Part shown: piece after piece, positions 8,413 to 19,000 of the stretch
Position numbering within the stretch: position 1 is the first letter of the stretch
Layout of the letters: each line of letters opens with the position of its first letter
Assembly (NCBI GenBank): GCA_038252265.1
Contig: JBBSAN010000001.1
Coordinates: 1 to 48,832 of the forward strand
Direction: 5' to 3'
Length of the DNA stretch: 48,832 nt
Source: Chloroflexia bacterium
GTDB lineage: Bacteria; Chloroflexota; Chloroflexia; QHBQ01; JAICKM01
Program-made: the position numbers and the translations under genes
The notes under the pieces: generated by a model
Databases searched by the model: none
Told to the model about the DNA's origin: nothing
Seen by the model: only the letters and a program-made list of their open reading frames with translations

Positions 8413-11400
8413 TTGCAGCACGATATTCGCCAGACCGCCCGCAAGATTGCCCACCGCCTCGACCTGATCGCCCCGCTGGCCTACCGACGCCGCCACCCGC
8501 TCGCGCCCCTACGCTTCAAGGCATTGGCCGATCCCTCTGTTGCGCCACCGCTCGACCCCGCCCTGGACGACGCAGACTGGCCCGCGATCCCGGCCCGCAC
8601 CTACTGGGGCGGGCACGACATCAACTTTGTCTTGCGTGGCACGTTTGCCGTCCCCGCCGACTGCGACCCGGTGCGTCCGGTGGCGTTGTTCTTACCGCTA
8701 GGGGATGCGGCGGGGTTCAGCCATCCCGAAACCCTGGCCTACATTGACGGCGTGCCCTACGCCACTGCCGACCGCCACCACCAGGAATTCGCGCTGGCCG
8801 ATGCCCACCGCGACGGGCAGCCCCATCACCTGCTGCTGCATGGGTGGACGGGGCTGATCGGCGGGCGGGCGGCGGGCGACCCCGGCAGGCAGTTGTTCAT
8901 GGAAGAATGCGCCGTGGTCGAGATCGACCCGCCCACCCGCGAATTCATCGCCGCCGCGCGCACCGCACTCCAGGCGGCCAATATGCTCGATGACCTCGAA
9001 CCGGCCCGGACCTGCCTGTATAATGCGCTGGACGCCGCGTTCATTCTGCTCGATACCCGCGAACCGCTGGGCGAGGCGTTCTATGCCAGCGTGCCCGCCG
9101 CCCTGGCACGGCTGCGCGACGGAATCGCCGCGTCAGGGCCGCCGCTGGACGCCGAGATTATCGCCGCCGGGCACGCCCACATTGACGTGGCCTGGCTGTG
9201 GACGCTGGGGCAGACCCGCCGCAAGGCCGGGCGCACCTTCCACACCGTCCTGCGCCTGATGGAGCAGTTCCCGAAGTTCCGCTTTACCCAGAGCCAGCCG
9301 CAGCTCTACGACTATGTGCGGCAGGACTACCCTGAACTGTTCGCCGCGATCAAGGAGCTAGTCGCCGCCGGGCGCTGGGAACCGATCGGCGGCATGTGGG
9401 TGGAGGCCGATTGCAACATCACCGGGCCGGAGTCGCTGGCCCGGCAATTCTTGCTGGGGCGTACCTTCTTCCGTGAACACTTCGGCCCCGACGCCGAATC
9501 GGCGGTCCTCTGGCTGCCCGATGTGTTCGGCTACGCCTGGAACCTGCCCCAACTGATCAAGCTGGCCGGGATGGAGTATTTCTTCACGATCAAGATCGGC
9601 TGGAATCAGGTCAACAAGCTGCCCAACGACTCGTTCTGGTGGCAGGGTCTCGACGGTACCAAAGTGCTGACCCACTTCAGCACCACGCCCGACCAGCCCT
9701 GGAAGGACCAGCCCAACCTGATGAGTGCGGCCACGTATAATGCCGATCTCAACGCCTTTGCCACGCTCGGCTCGTGGGCCAGGTTGCAGCACAAAGAGGT
9801 GCAGCGGACCCTGCTGATGAGCTACGGCTATGGCGACGGCGGCGGTGGCCCCACCCGCGAAATGAACGAGAACGCGCAGGAACTGGCCGCCTTCCCCGGC
9901 CTGCCCCGCCTGACACAGGGCACGGTGATCAGCTTCTTCCGCCGCCTGGAAGCCGAAAGCGGGGCCGCCCTGCCGACCTGGAACAGCGAGCTATACCTCG
10001 AAATCCACCGGGGCACGTACACGACCCAGGGCCGCAACAAGCGCGCCAATCGCCAGAGCGAGTTTCTCCTCCATGATGCCGAGTTCCTCGCCACCCTGGC
10101 TTCGCTGCTCGACCCGGCCTATGTCTACCCGGCGGAGGCGTTCCACCAGGCCTGGGAACTGGTCTGTCTCAACCAGTTCCACGACATTATCCCCGGCAGC
10201 AGCATCAACGCCGTCTACGTCGAATCGCAGCAGCAATATGCCGCGATCCGGGCGGCAGGAGAGGCAGCCCGCGACGGGGCGCTGGCGGTCGTTAAAGCTC
10301 AGGTCGGCGGCGACGTGCTGGTCATTAACCCGACGGGTTTCGCCCGGCGCGATCTGGCCTTCTGGCCCGGCGCCCTTCCGGCGGGGCAGCAGTTCGCCGG
10401 GGCAGTTCGCACCCAGCCGGTGGACGGCGGCACCCTGATCGGCGGGGTGCCGAGCGAACCCTACAGCGTGCAGGCGCTCCACTTCGCGCCTGCTGCCGAC
10501 GCGCCGCCCGCCGCTGAGGTGCCCTCGCTCCAGGTCGAGCCGGGGCTGCTGGAAAACGCCTATGTGCGGGTCGAACTGGACGCGGCGGGCGATATCACCC
10601 GCATCTACGACAAGACGGCGGCGCGGGAAGTGTTGCCCCCCGGCGCGGTGGCGAACCAGTTCCAGGCCTTCGAAGATCGCCCGGTCAACTGGGATGCCTG
10701 GGATATTGATGTGTTCTACGACGACCGCACCTTCCTGGCCGATCCTGCCGACACGATCCGTGTGGTCGAACACGGCCCCTTGCGGGCGACCATCGAGATC
10801 ACCCGGCGCATCCTCCATAGCCGCTACACTCAGCGCCTATCGCTGGACTACAACAGCCCGCAGATCACCTGCGCCACGGTGATCGACTGGCGCGAACGGC
10901 ACATACTGCTCAAGGTGGCTTTCCCGGTGGACGTGCTGTCGCCCACCGCGACCTACGAGATCCAGTGGGGGAGCGTGCAGCGGCCCACCCACCGCAACAC
11001 CTCATGGGACTGGGCGCGCTTCGAGACGTGCGCGCAGAAGTGGGTGGATCTCAGCGAAGGCGGCTATGGGGTGGCGCTGCTCAACGACTGCAAGTATGGG
11101 CACGATATCCGCGACAACGTGATCCGCCTCTCGCTCTTGCGCGCCCCGACGATGCCCGACCCTGAAGCCGACCAGGGCGAACACCGCTTCGTCTACAGCC
11201 TTTATCCCCACGCCGACGGGGAGGGCCGGGTCACCACCCCGGCGGACATCGCCGCGCAAGCCTATGCCCTGAACGACCCGCTGATCGCCGTCGGTGGCGG
11301 CCCGTCAGGGGCGACGGGTGTGCCCCCGCCGCCCCTGGCCCGGGTGGCGGCCAATACGATCATTGAGACGATCAAGCGGGCGGAGGATGGGCACGGTGTG

Positions 11401-11598
11401 ATCGTGCGCTTCTACGAATGCAACCGGCGGCGTGGCCCGGTGACGCTCCGCCTGGGCTTCCCGATCCAGGAAGCGCACCTGACCAACCTGCTGGAAGAAA
11501 ACCAGGCACCGCTGGCGGTCGAGGATGGAGATCGAGTCACCCTCCCGGTCACGCCGTTCCAGATCGTGACCGTGCGGCTTGTCCCCGCCAGCACGTAG
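8413..11598 (+). CDS. GH38 alpha-mannosidase
   Basis: HAHIDVAWLW near residue 250, WEPIGGMWVEADCN, and 1061 aa, typical of bacterial GH38 enzymes. TTG start preceded by GGAGGA. Confidence 0.9.
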   Translation: MQHDIRQTARKIAHRLDLIAPLAYRRRHPLAPLRFKALADPSVAPPLDPALDDADWPAIPARTYWGGHDINFVLRGTFAVPADCDPVRPVALFLPLGDAAGFSHPETLAYIDGVPYATADRHHQEFALADAHRDGQPHHLLLHGWTGLIGGRAAGDPGRQLFMEECAVVEIDPPTREFIAAARTALQAANMLDDLEPARTCLYNALDAAFILLDTREPLGEAFYASVPAALARLRDGIAASGPPLDAEIIAAGHAHIDVAWLWTLGQTRRKAGRTFHTVLRLMEQFPKFRFTQSQPQLYDYVRQDYPELFAAIKELVAAGRWEPIGGMWVEADCNITGPESLARQFLLGRTFFREHFGPDAESAVLWLPDVFGYAWNLPQLIKLAGMEYFFTIKIGWNQVNKLPNDSFWWQGLDGTKVLTHFSTTPDQPWKDQPNLMSAATYNADLNAFATLGSWARLQHKEVQRTLLMSYGYGDGGGGPTREMNENAQELAAFPGLPRLTQGTVISFFRRLEAESGAALPTWNSELYLEIHRGTYTTQGRNKRANRQSEFLLHDAEFLATLASLLDPAYVYPAEAFHQAWELVCLNQFHDIIPGSSINAVYVESQQQYAAIRAAGEAARDGALAVVKAQVGGDVLVINPTGFARRDLAFWPGALPAGQQFAGAVRTQPVDGGTLIGGVPSEPYSVQALHFAPAADAPPAAEVPSLQVEPGLLENAYVRVELDAAGDITRIYDKTAAREVLPPGAVANQFQAFEDRPVNWDAWDIDVFYDDRTFLADPADTIRVVEHGPLRATIEITRRILHSRYTQRLSLDYNSPQITCATVIDWRERHILLKVAFPVDVLSPTATYEIQWGSVQRPTHRNTSWDWARFETCAQKWVDLSEGGYGVALLNDCKYGHDIRDNVIRLSLLRAPTMPDPEADQGEHRFVYSLYPHADGEGRVTTPADIAAQAYALNDPLIAVGGGPSGATGVPPPPLARVAANTIIETIKRAEDGHGVIVRFYECNRRRGPVTLRLGFPIQEAHLTNLLEENQAPLAVEDGDRVTLPVTPFQIVTVRLVPAST

Positions 11599-11610
11599 AG
11601 GAGGCCCCCT

Positions 11611-12579
11611 ATGGACCATATGCCGATCCCCGATTTCCGCGACGTGCTGCGGGCGCAGCAGCAGATCCGCCCGTACCTGGCCCGCACGCCGCTGCACCGC
11701 TATCCCGCCGTGGATGCCTTGATCGGCACCCCGGTCTACATCAAGCACGAGAACTACCAGCCTGTCGGCGCGTTCAAGGTGCGGGGTGGGCTGAATTTGC
11801 TGGCCCAACTGCCCGCTGCCGAACGCGCTGCCGGGGTGATCGCCGCCTCAACCGGGAACCACGGCCAGTCGATCGCCTTCGCCGCCCGGCGCTTCGGCGT
11901 CACCGCGCGCATCGTCGTGCCGGAAGGGGCAAACCCCGGCAAGGTGGCGGCGATCCAGGGCATGGGGGCCGAGATCATCGTCCACGGCGCGACCTTCGAC
12001 CAGGCCCGGTTGCATTGTGAGGCCCTCGCCCGCGAGCATGGCTATCGCTACATCCATTCGGGCGACGAGCCGCTGTTGATCGCCGGGGTCGCTACCGGCA
12101 CGCTGGAGATGCTGGAGGATGCTCCCGACCTCGATGTGATCATCGTGCCCATCGGCGGGGGCAGCGGCGCGGCGGGGGCCTGCATCGTCGCCCGCGCCGT
12201 CAACCCGGCCATCCAGGTCATCGGCGTCCAGGCGGCAGCCTCGCCTGCCGCCTATGAGTCGTGGCGGCAGCGGGCGTCTGTCGAAGCGCCGAACCGGACG
12301 TTCGCCGAGGGGCTGGCAACGGGCACGGCCTTCAGCCTGCCCCAGGCGATCCTCTGGGACGGGCTGGCCGATTTCGTGCTGGTCAGCGACGAGGCGATTC
12401 TCCAGGCGATGGTCTGGATGCTCGAACGCGCCCACACCCTGGCCGAAGCAGCAGGATCGGCTCCCCTGGCGGCAGCCTACGCCCTGCGGGAGCGCCTCCA
12501 GGGGCAGCAGGTAGGGTTAGTCTGTTCGGGCGGCAACGCCTCGCTGGAACAATTGCGCCGGGCGCTGGCGGTGGGCTAA
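11611..12579 (+). CDS. Threonine/serine dehydratase-family PLP enzyme (fold-type II)
   Basis: PVGAFKVRGG (PLP lysine), STGNHGQSIAFAA and GGGSG glycine loop. RBS AGAGGAGG. Confidence 0.85.
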   Translation: MDHMPIPDFRDVLRAQQQIRPYLARTPLHRYPAVDALIGTPVYIKHENYQPVGAFKVRGGLNLLAQLPAAERAAGVIAASTGNHGQSIAFAARRFGVTARIVVPEGANPGKVAAIQGMGAEIIVHGATFDQARLHCEALAREHGYRYIHSGDEPLLIAGVATGTLEMLEDAPDLDVIIVPIGGGSGAAGACIVARAVNPAIQVIGVQAAASPAAYESWRQRASVEAPNRTFAEGLATGTAFSLPQAILWDGLADFVLVSDEAILQAMVWMLERAHTLAEAAGSAPLAAAYALRERLQGQQVGLVCSGGNASLEQLRRALAVG

Positions 12580-12773
12580 GCGCCTGCCCTGTACCTGCCC
12601 TCGCCCCGCTTGCGCTTTTGTTGCCTTTGATCTACACTCTCCCAGGCAGCGGCGGTAGCCCCTGGCTACCACCGGACCTGCGGTCGTAACCTTTGTGATG
12701 GCTGCCTGGCGCGTCGGGCGCAGACGCGAGATGGGGTCGAGTGTCGCTAATAGGGGACTGAAAGGAGAACGCC

Positions 12774-13298
12774 ATGAGTTCAGACTCAACGAACAGCGCG
12801 AAATTGATCGGAGGCATCCTGCTGATCGTGCTCGGCCTGATCTTCTTCGGGATGACGCAGGGCCTTTTGAACGTGAGCTGGGGCGCGCTGTGGCCGATCT
12901 TCCTGGTTGTCGGGGGCATTGTGGGCCTGACGCGCGCCTTTGAAACCGATAGCCCGACCCGCCGCGCCGGGGCTGTGCTGGGCAGTAGCATTGTCTTGCT
13001 GATGGGGGCATTCTTCTTTGCCACGACCCTGGGGCTATTGGCCTGGGATGACCACAAAGCGCTGTGGCCGGTTTATCCGCTGATCGTCGGCATCGCCCTG
13101 CTGGCCGGGTATTTTGCTTCGGGGCGCGTGCGCGCGAACTTCCTGACCGCAGGGTTGGTCGTCTCCGCCGCCAGTCTGGTGTTCCTCGTGCTCAGCCTGA
13201 CCAGTACCAGCTACTCGACGCTAGGCCGGGTGTGGCCGCTCTTCTTGATCGCCGTGGGGATCATGCTCGTGGTTCAGCAGCGCCGTCCGGCGCGGTGA
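12774..13298 (+). CDS. Small polytopic membrane protein (LiaI/LiaF-TM-like repeats)
   Basis: About 6 hydrophobic segments with a recurring WP(I/V/L)FL(I/V)xxG motif. RBS GAAAGGAG. Family assignment is tentative. Confidence 0.6.
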   Translation: MSSDSTNSAKLIGGILLIVLGLIFFGMTQGLLNVSWGALWPIFLVVGGIVGLTRAFETDSPTRRAGAVLGSSIVLLMGAFFFATTLGLLAWDDHKALWPVYPLIVGIALLAGYFASGRVRANFLTAGLVVSAASLVFLVLSLTSTSYSTLGRVWPLFLIAVGIMLVVQQRRPAR

Positions 13299-13431
13299 TC
13301 GTAACCTCGGCCTGTCCCGGTGCGCTGCCCGCGTAGAGGCATGGGCGGCTTCTTGCTGCGGGAGGGAACCGGCGATCCCGCTCTTTCTCCTGTCGCACCG
13401 CCGGGGGTTGGGCCGGGACGGACGCTGCCGT

Positions 13432-14208
13432 CTATTCGGCAAACTCCTCGGTGCGGGTGGCCTGCTTTTCGAGCTGGCGGCGGCGATTGCCGCGTATCGT
13501 ACCCAGGATCGAGAGGGCCGGCCCGATCAGGATGTAGACCGGCCCCGACCAGCGATTAAGCCCGGCCCCGCCCAGCGCCACCGTCACCGACAGCGCCCCG
13601 ATCCCCATTAGCACTCCATATTCCAGGATACTGCTTTGCGTATCGAAGGCTTCCAGCGGGTTCAGGGCGAGCTTTCCGCGCTGGCGATACGCATGGGCAT
13701 AAAGCAGCGTAAAGACCAGATTCACCGCGAGATAGCCCAGGCCGTAGATCATAAGCAGGTACGGCACCTGGCTGTTTGTGATCTGCGCGTCCGTCGCGCT
13801 CGAGTCCAGCCCTGGGCTGGCGAAGCCGGGGAGTTGGTTTAAGATCTGATCCACCAGCAGCGTAAACAGAAAGCGGAGGGGGTAGACATAGAACACGACC
13901 ACGAAGAGGAGCAGCGCGTTCAGGGCAATCGTCCAGATATCCTGCAACCCGTAACGGCGGAAGAATTTATAGTGCCAGTACCACACCAGCACCAGCATCC
14001 CGAAGCAAATGCCAAAGGCGGGAAAGCCTCGCAGGGTTTTGACCAACTGGTCAAAGCTCTGGGGCGCCTCGGTCGTGACGATGAGCAGGGTTAAGGCGAG
14101 GGCGAATACGGCATCGCTGAAGCCTTCCAGGCGCGAGATCTCGCCGCCTCGCCAGCGAAACTCGGTTTCGGTGCCCACCTCTTGCGCCACGAGCGCCTGC
14201 CGGATCAT
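13432..14208 (-). CDS. TMEM175/DUF1211-family membrane protein (putative K+ channel)
   Basis: RLEGFSDAVFALALTLLIV signature at the first TM helix, about 6 TM in total. ATG 14208 preceded by AAGGAG is preferred over 14232. Confidence 0.8.
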   Translation of the reverse strand: MIRQALVAQEVGTETEFRWRGGEISRLEGFSDAVFALALTLLIVTTEAPQSFDQLVKTLRGFPAFGICFGMLVLVWYWHYKFFRRYGLQDIWTIALNALLLFVVVFYVYPLRFLFTLLVDQILNQLPGFASPGLDSSATDAQITNSQVPYLLMIYGLGYLAVNLVFTLLYAHAYRQRGKLALNPLEAFDTQSSILEYGVLMGIGALSVTVALGGAGLNRWSGPVYILIGPALSILGTIRGNRRRQLEKQATRTEEFAE

Positions 14209-14393
14209 GCCTACTCCTTTGCTCAGCAGCAAGGCTGCTGGTCGCCAACTGGCGGCGGGATGACCGGTCGGGCTGCCGCGCCGAGGGTCCCGCCTGCTGC
14301 CATGGGCGCGTATGCAACCCCAGTATAGCCAACAATAGCCCTGCTGTAAAGCCGATATCCCTATTCGCGCTGGCCCGGCAGCCGGGTAGCGAC

Positions 14394-14422
14394 TTGATCT
14401 GACGAACGACCCGTGCTATACT
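14394..14422 (+). promoter_or_regulatory. Sigma-70-type promoter (TTGATC-17-TATACT) ahead of the SDR gene
   Basis: -35 at 14394-14399, a 17-bp spacer, -10 at 14417-14422. About 180 nt of hairpin-rich leader follows. Confidence 0.55.
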
Positions 14423-14604
14423 GTGGGCGCTTGGTCCGCTCCTCGGTACCCGGTGACACGCGGGAGCGGCTCGTTCTACCGTCAGGCGCGATTCCGCACA
14501 CCGGAATCGCCCTGTGATCCCCTGCTGTGGCGCGGTGTGCGCCGGGGGCCGCGCCACCATCCAAATAGGCACAGACGTGTCTATTTCCCCTTAAAAGGAG
14601 GGTT

Positions 14605-15357
14605 ATGAGACTCCAGGACAAGGTTATCATTGTGACCGGTGGCGCAAGTGGCATTGGTGCCCTGTATAGTAAGCACTTTGTTGCCGAAGGGGCGCGGGTC
14701 TTAATCGCCGATATCAGCATCGAGCAGGGCACCGCCCTGGCCGAGAGCCTGAATGCGGAAGCCACAGAGCCGCGTGCGTTGGCCGTACGGGTAGATGTAA
14801 CCTCCGAAACCGATACGCTCGCTATGGTGCAGACCGCCGTCGAAACCTTCGGACGTGTCGATGTCCTCGTCAACAACGCCGGGGTTTACCCGCATGTCGA
14901 TTTCGAAGACATTACCTACGATCAGTGGCGCAAGGTGATGAGCGTCAACCTCGACAGTGTCTTCCTCACCAGCAAAGCGGTCTTGCCGCAGATGAAAAAG
15001 CAAAATGGCGGCAAGATCGTCAATGTCTCGACCGACCTGGTCTGGGTAGGTTTAGCCAGCATGGTCCACTACATCGCCTCTAAAGCCGGTATTATCGGTT
15101 TCACCCGCTCTCTCGCGCGTGAGATCGGTGTCTATAACATCACGGTGAATGCCCTGGCCCCCGGCCCGGTTATTCCGCCGGGTCCGATGACGGGGACATC
15201 CGCGGATCGCGTGGCGTCCATCATCGGCCAACAAGCCATCAAGCGCCCGCAGCGAGCCTCCGATCTGGTCGGCGCAATGATTTTCCTGTGCTCCGCAGAT
15301 GCCGATTTTATCAGCGGTCAGGTGTTGACCGTTGACGGTGGGCTGACTAACCACTAA
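14605..15357 (+). CDS. Short-chain dehydrogenase/reductase (FabG-like)
   Basis: TGGASGIG, NNAG and YIASKAG (YxxxK). RBS AAAGGAGGG. Confidence 0.9.
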   Translation: MRLQDKVIIVTGGASGIGALYSKHFVAEGARVLIADISIEQGTALAESLNAEATEPRALAVRVDVTSETDTLAMVQTAVETFGRVDVLVNNAGVYPHVDFEDITYDQWRKVMSVNLDSVFLTSKAVLPQMKKQNGGKIVNVSTDLVWVGLASMVHYIASKAGIIGFTRSLAREIGVYNITVNALAPGPVIPPGPMTGTSADRVASIIGQQAIKRPQRASDLVGAMIFLCSADADFISGQVLTVDGGLTNH

Positions 15358-15651
15358 ACCGCTGCTGGACACGAACCGGCCCTGTGCAAAGGTCCGCACA
15401 GGGCCCACGACTGAGCCACCTTGATCGGCTCAGGCCGGATACCGCTGCCGGTGTACCTGGACTGGATAAGACGCTTCCCTTGTGCCTCTATCGCCGATCC
15501 GGCAGCGGGGAACGTCCTGTCCAGTCGTGGGGCCAGCAACGTTTGCCCGGGTGACAGGGTCACCTGGTGTGCGGTGTCTCTACCTAACCACCCCTATCGC
15601 TGGCCTTCATTCTGCCTGAACAACCGGTTGGCACCCGGTGAACCAGGCCAT

Positions 15652-15680
15652 TTGACTTTGATCGCTTCTGGTGGTATTAT
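15652..15680 (+). promoter_or_regulatory. Near-consensus sigma-70 promoter (TTGACT-17-TATTAT) about 320 nt upstream of the SARP-STAND regulator gene
   Basis: -35 at 15652-15657, a 17-bp spacer, -10 at 15675-15680. I see no convincing ORF between it and ATG 16002. Confidence 0.55.
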
Positions 15681-16001
15681 CTAGCCGCGTCCTCCTCAAT
15701 CCATCACACAATAGACGCGTCACAGCACCGGCTCCAGTTGTGCTGAAACTTTGGTACCTCTGGTCCGATCACCCCAATGGGGCTGGGGTCATCGTCATCC
15801 GCGACCGCGCTGCTTTCTCAGCAGGGGCAGGCGAGTCGGGTGGGCCACCTTGCCGGTGACATTCTGGTGGCGGACGCTCAACACGTAGCGCTGTTTCCAT
15901 ACAACTCTATAAGTGTAATACGGTTTTGTTAGGTGTGCGCGCACTCTCGCCCGCAACCGGTGTCGAGGTGCGTCTCCCATGTTGGCAGGAGAACAAGACC
16001 G

Positions 16002-19000
16002 ATGGCCTACACCTCTTTCCCCGACCCGGTGCGACCCGCATCGGTGGTCCTGCACACCCGGTGTTGTGTGCCGCAACTTGGTTGGGACCCTTTTTCCCGT
16101 GACTCGTTGCTCAGTCGGCTACAGGATAGCACGCGCAAATACCGGTTGACGCTGATCAGTGCCCCTTCAGGGTATGGCAAAACGACCCTGGTCGCTGATT
16201 TTGCTAACCGCCAGGCGGGGTCGCTCGGCTGGATCAGCCTGGAAGACGAGCACAACGACCCGCTCCTGCTGCTGGCCTATTTGCAGACCGCACTTCAGCG
16301 CCAGTTACCCTCCGGCTTTGACCTGAGCCTGGCGCTGGAGCCGCGCGCGGCCCTGACCCTGTTGCTCAATGCGTTGGACCCTGGCGGGGCGGCGGGGAGC
16401 TTGTTGATTCTGGATAACCTGCACCGGCTGGTTACCCCGGACGCCCTCGCCCTGGTGGGCCGCCTGATTGAGTATGCAGGCACCCATCTGCACTTCATCG
16501 CCCTCGCCTGGGGCGAACCGCGCCTGGACAATCTCTCGCGCCTCCGCGCCGCCGGGCAGGTCGCCACCTTCACCGCCGACGATCTCCGCTTCACCCCCGA
16601 CGAAACCCAGGCGCTGCTGGAGCAGGCCAATCGCGCCCCGCTCCCGGCGAGGGCCACGGCTACGATCGACGTCCAGTTGGAAGGGTGGGCGTTGGGCGTG
16701 CGGCTGCTGGCTGACAGCGTCCTGCGCGCCCCGGTCGCCACGACGGCGGATCTCGCCAACCGGCTCGACACCCTGCGCCCGCAGCTCTTTGACTATCTGG
16801 CGCAGGAAGTCCTGAATCCCCAGCCTGCCGCCCTGCGCACCTTCCTGCTTCACACCGCGATCCTCGACACCCTGGACGCCGCCGCGTGCCGCGCCCTGGG
16901 CGGGCCGGGGGCACAACAATGGTTGACCGACCTGGATCGGCACCTGGCGCTGGTGCAGCCGGTGGACACCGAACGGCGGCAATGGCGCTACCGGGTGTTC
17001 TTTCGTCAGTTCCTCCAGCATGTGCTGGAGCGGGTGCTGGAGCCTGCGGCCATTCGGGAACTGCACGGCGTCGCGGCCACCCACTACTTGGCCGCGCGCG
17101 ACGAAGAGCAGGCTCTAGCCCACCTGCTGGCGGCGGGGGCCTACGAGCCGGCGGCGGATTTGCTGGGCCGCCTGCTGGAATCACGCTATGCGGCCAGCCA
17201 CTCCCTGGCGTTGGCCGAATGGCTCCCCCGGTTTCCTGTCGCTCTCAGCGAAGCCCATCCCTGGCTCATCCTGGCCCAGGCGCGGCTGAGCAGTCTCAGC
17301 GACAACCCCGGTGCCACCGAGCAGCTTTATGAGCACGCGGAAACGGTGGCCCGCGAGATGGGCGACCAGCGGGCCATCTTCCTGGCGCGCTACTACCGGG
17401 CCGGTTGGCTCCTGCGCCGAGGGCGGTTTCGCTCGGCGGCGGCGCTCTACCGCCAGACGCTGCCCCTGGCGACCGACGCGGCAGAGCAGGCCGACCTGTT
17501 GAGTCATGTTGCCTATACGCTCTATATGGGTACGGGCCAGACCGACGAAGCCCTGGACTTGCTCGATCAGGCCCTGGATCTATTCCGGGGCAGCGATCGC
17601 TCGGCGCGCACGATCAATATCCTGCAACTCCAGGCTGATATGCGCTTTAATCTAGGCGATCTGCGCGGGGCGCTCGCCGGGTATCATACCGTGCTGGACC
17701 TCGCGGCGCAGGAGGGCAACCTGCCCGAACTGGCGGCGATCCGTTATAAAGCGGCGTACATCCATGTCCTCTGCGGGGAATGGACCGCCGGCGAAGCCCT
17801 GGCCGAGCAGGAGCATACCCTGGCCCACGACGCGAATCTCCCACGCCGTGATGCCGATGCGACGCTCATCCGGGGCATGGTCGCCCAGGGGCGGTGGCAC
17901 TTCGCCCAGGCGCGAGCCTACTATGAGGAGGCGCTGACGATTTATCGCCAGCTTAACGATCAGCGCCAACTGGCCCTGGTGCTGACCTGGCTGGGCACCC
18001 TGGCCCGCCGCGAAGGCAAGCTCGAAGAGGCGGTCCATTGTGGCGAGGCGAGCCTGGCCCTGCGGCAGAAGCTGAACGTACCCTATGAGTTGGGGCTGAC
18101 CCTGATCAGCCTGGGCCGCAGCCTGGCCGAACAAGGCGCGTGGGATCAGGCGCGGACCCACTGGACCACGGCGCTGGAGATTTTCACCTGTGCGCGGGCG
18201 CATTATATGGAAGCCCAGCTACATATCTACCTGGCGGGCGGGGCTTTGCAGAACCCCGAAGGTGCGCAAACAGCGGGGCTGCACAGCCACCTGACGGCAG
18301 CGCTGGCTCTCTGCTGGCGTTATGACTACAGCTTTCTCTTTACCAGCGACCCGGCGTGGAGTGCGCCGCTGCTGGTGGCGGCCATTGAGGCGGGCATTGA
18401 CGTGCCCACCGCGACGCAATTTCTACAGCACATCGGTAAGACCGGGACCACCGAGGCCTTGACCGCCCTGACGACGGTGAAGCCGGGAGTGCCACGCGCC
18501 AAACGAGCGGTCGCGGCGGCCCTCGATACCTGGCTGGAGGTGCCCCCGGAGCCGCTCTATATCCGCACTCTGGGCACCTTCACCCTTCAGCGGGGCGAAC
18601 GGGTGATCAGCAACTGGCCGCGGGCCAGTGCGCGGGCGGTCTTCCAGTACCTGCTGTTGTTCCGCAGCCGCCCGGTGCCGATGGAGGAACTGACCGAGGT
18701 GTTCTGGCCCGATAGCGCCCCGGCTCCGGCCCGGAAGAACCTCCATCAGGCGGTGGCGGCCCTGCGCCATGCCCTGGAGCCGGAACTGCCGATGGGCATC
18801 GCCTCACGCTACCTGCGGGTCAACAGCGGCACCTACCAGATCGTCTTACCCACGGGATCCACCCTCGCTGACGAACAATTCTTGAGCCAAAGTACGGTGC
18901 GCCAGAGCGTGCCGGTGTTGGAGCAGGCCGTGCGGCTCTATCAAGGCGACTACCTGGCCGACCAACCCTATGCGGAGTGGACGATGCCCCGGCGCGAACA

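Noticed and set aside
15378-15405. Hairpin GGCCCTGTGC-AAAGGTCC-GCACAGGGCC after the SDR gene
   Set aside because: A 10-bp stem is present, but no T-tract follows. It may be a weak terminator and was left out of the feature list as low confidence.
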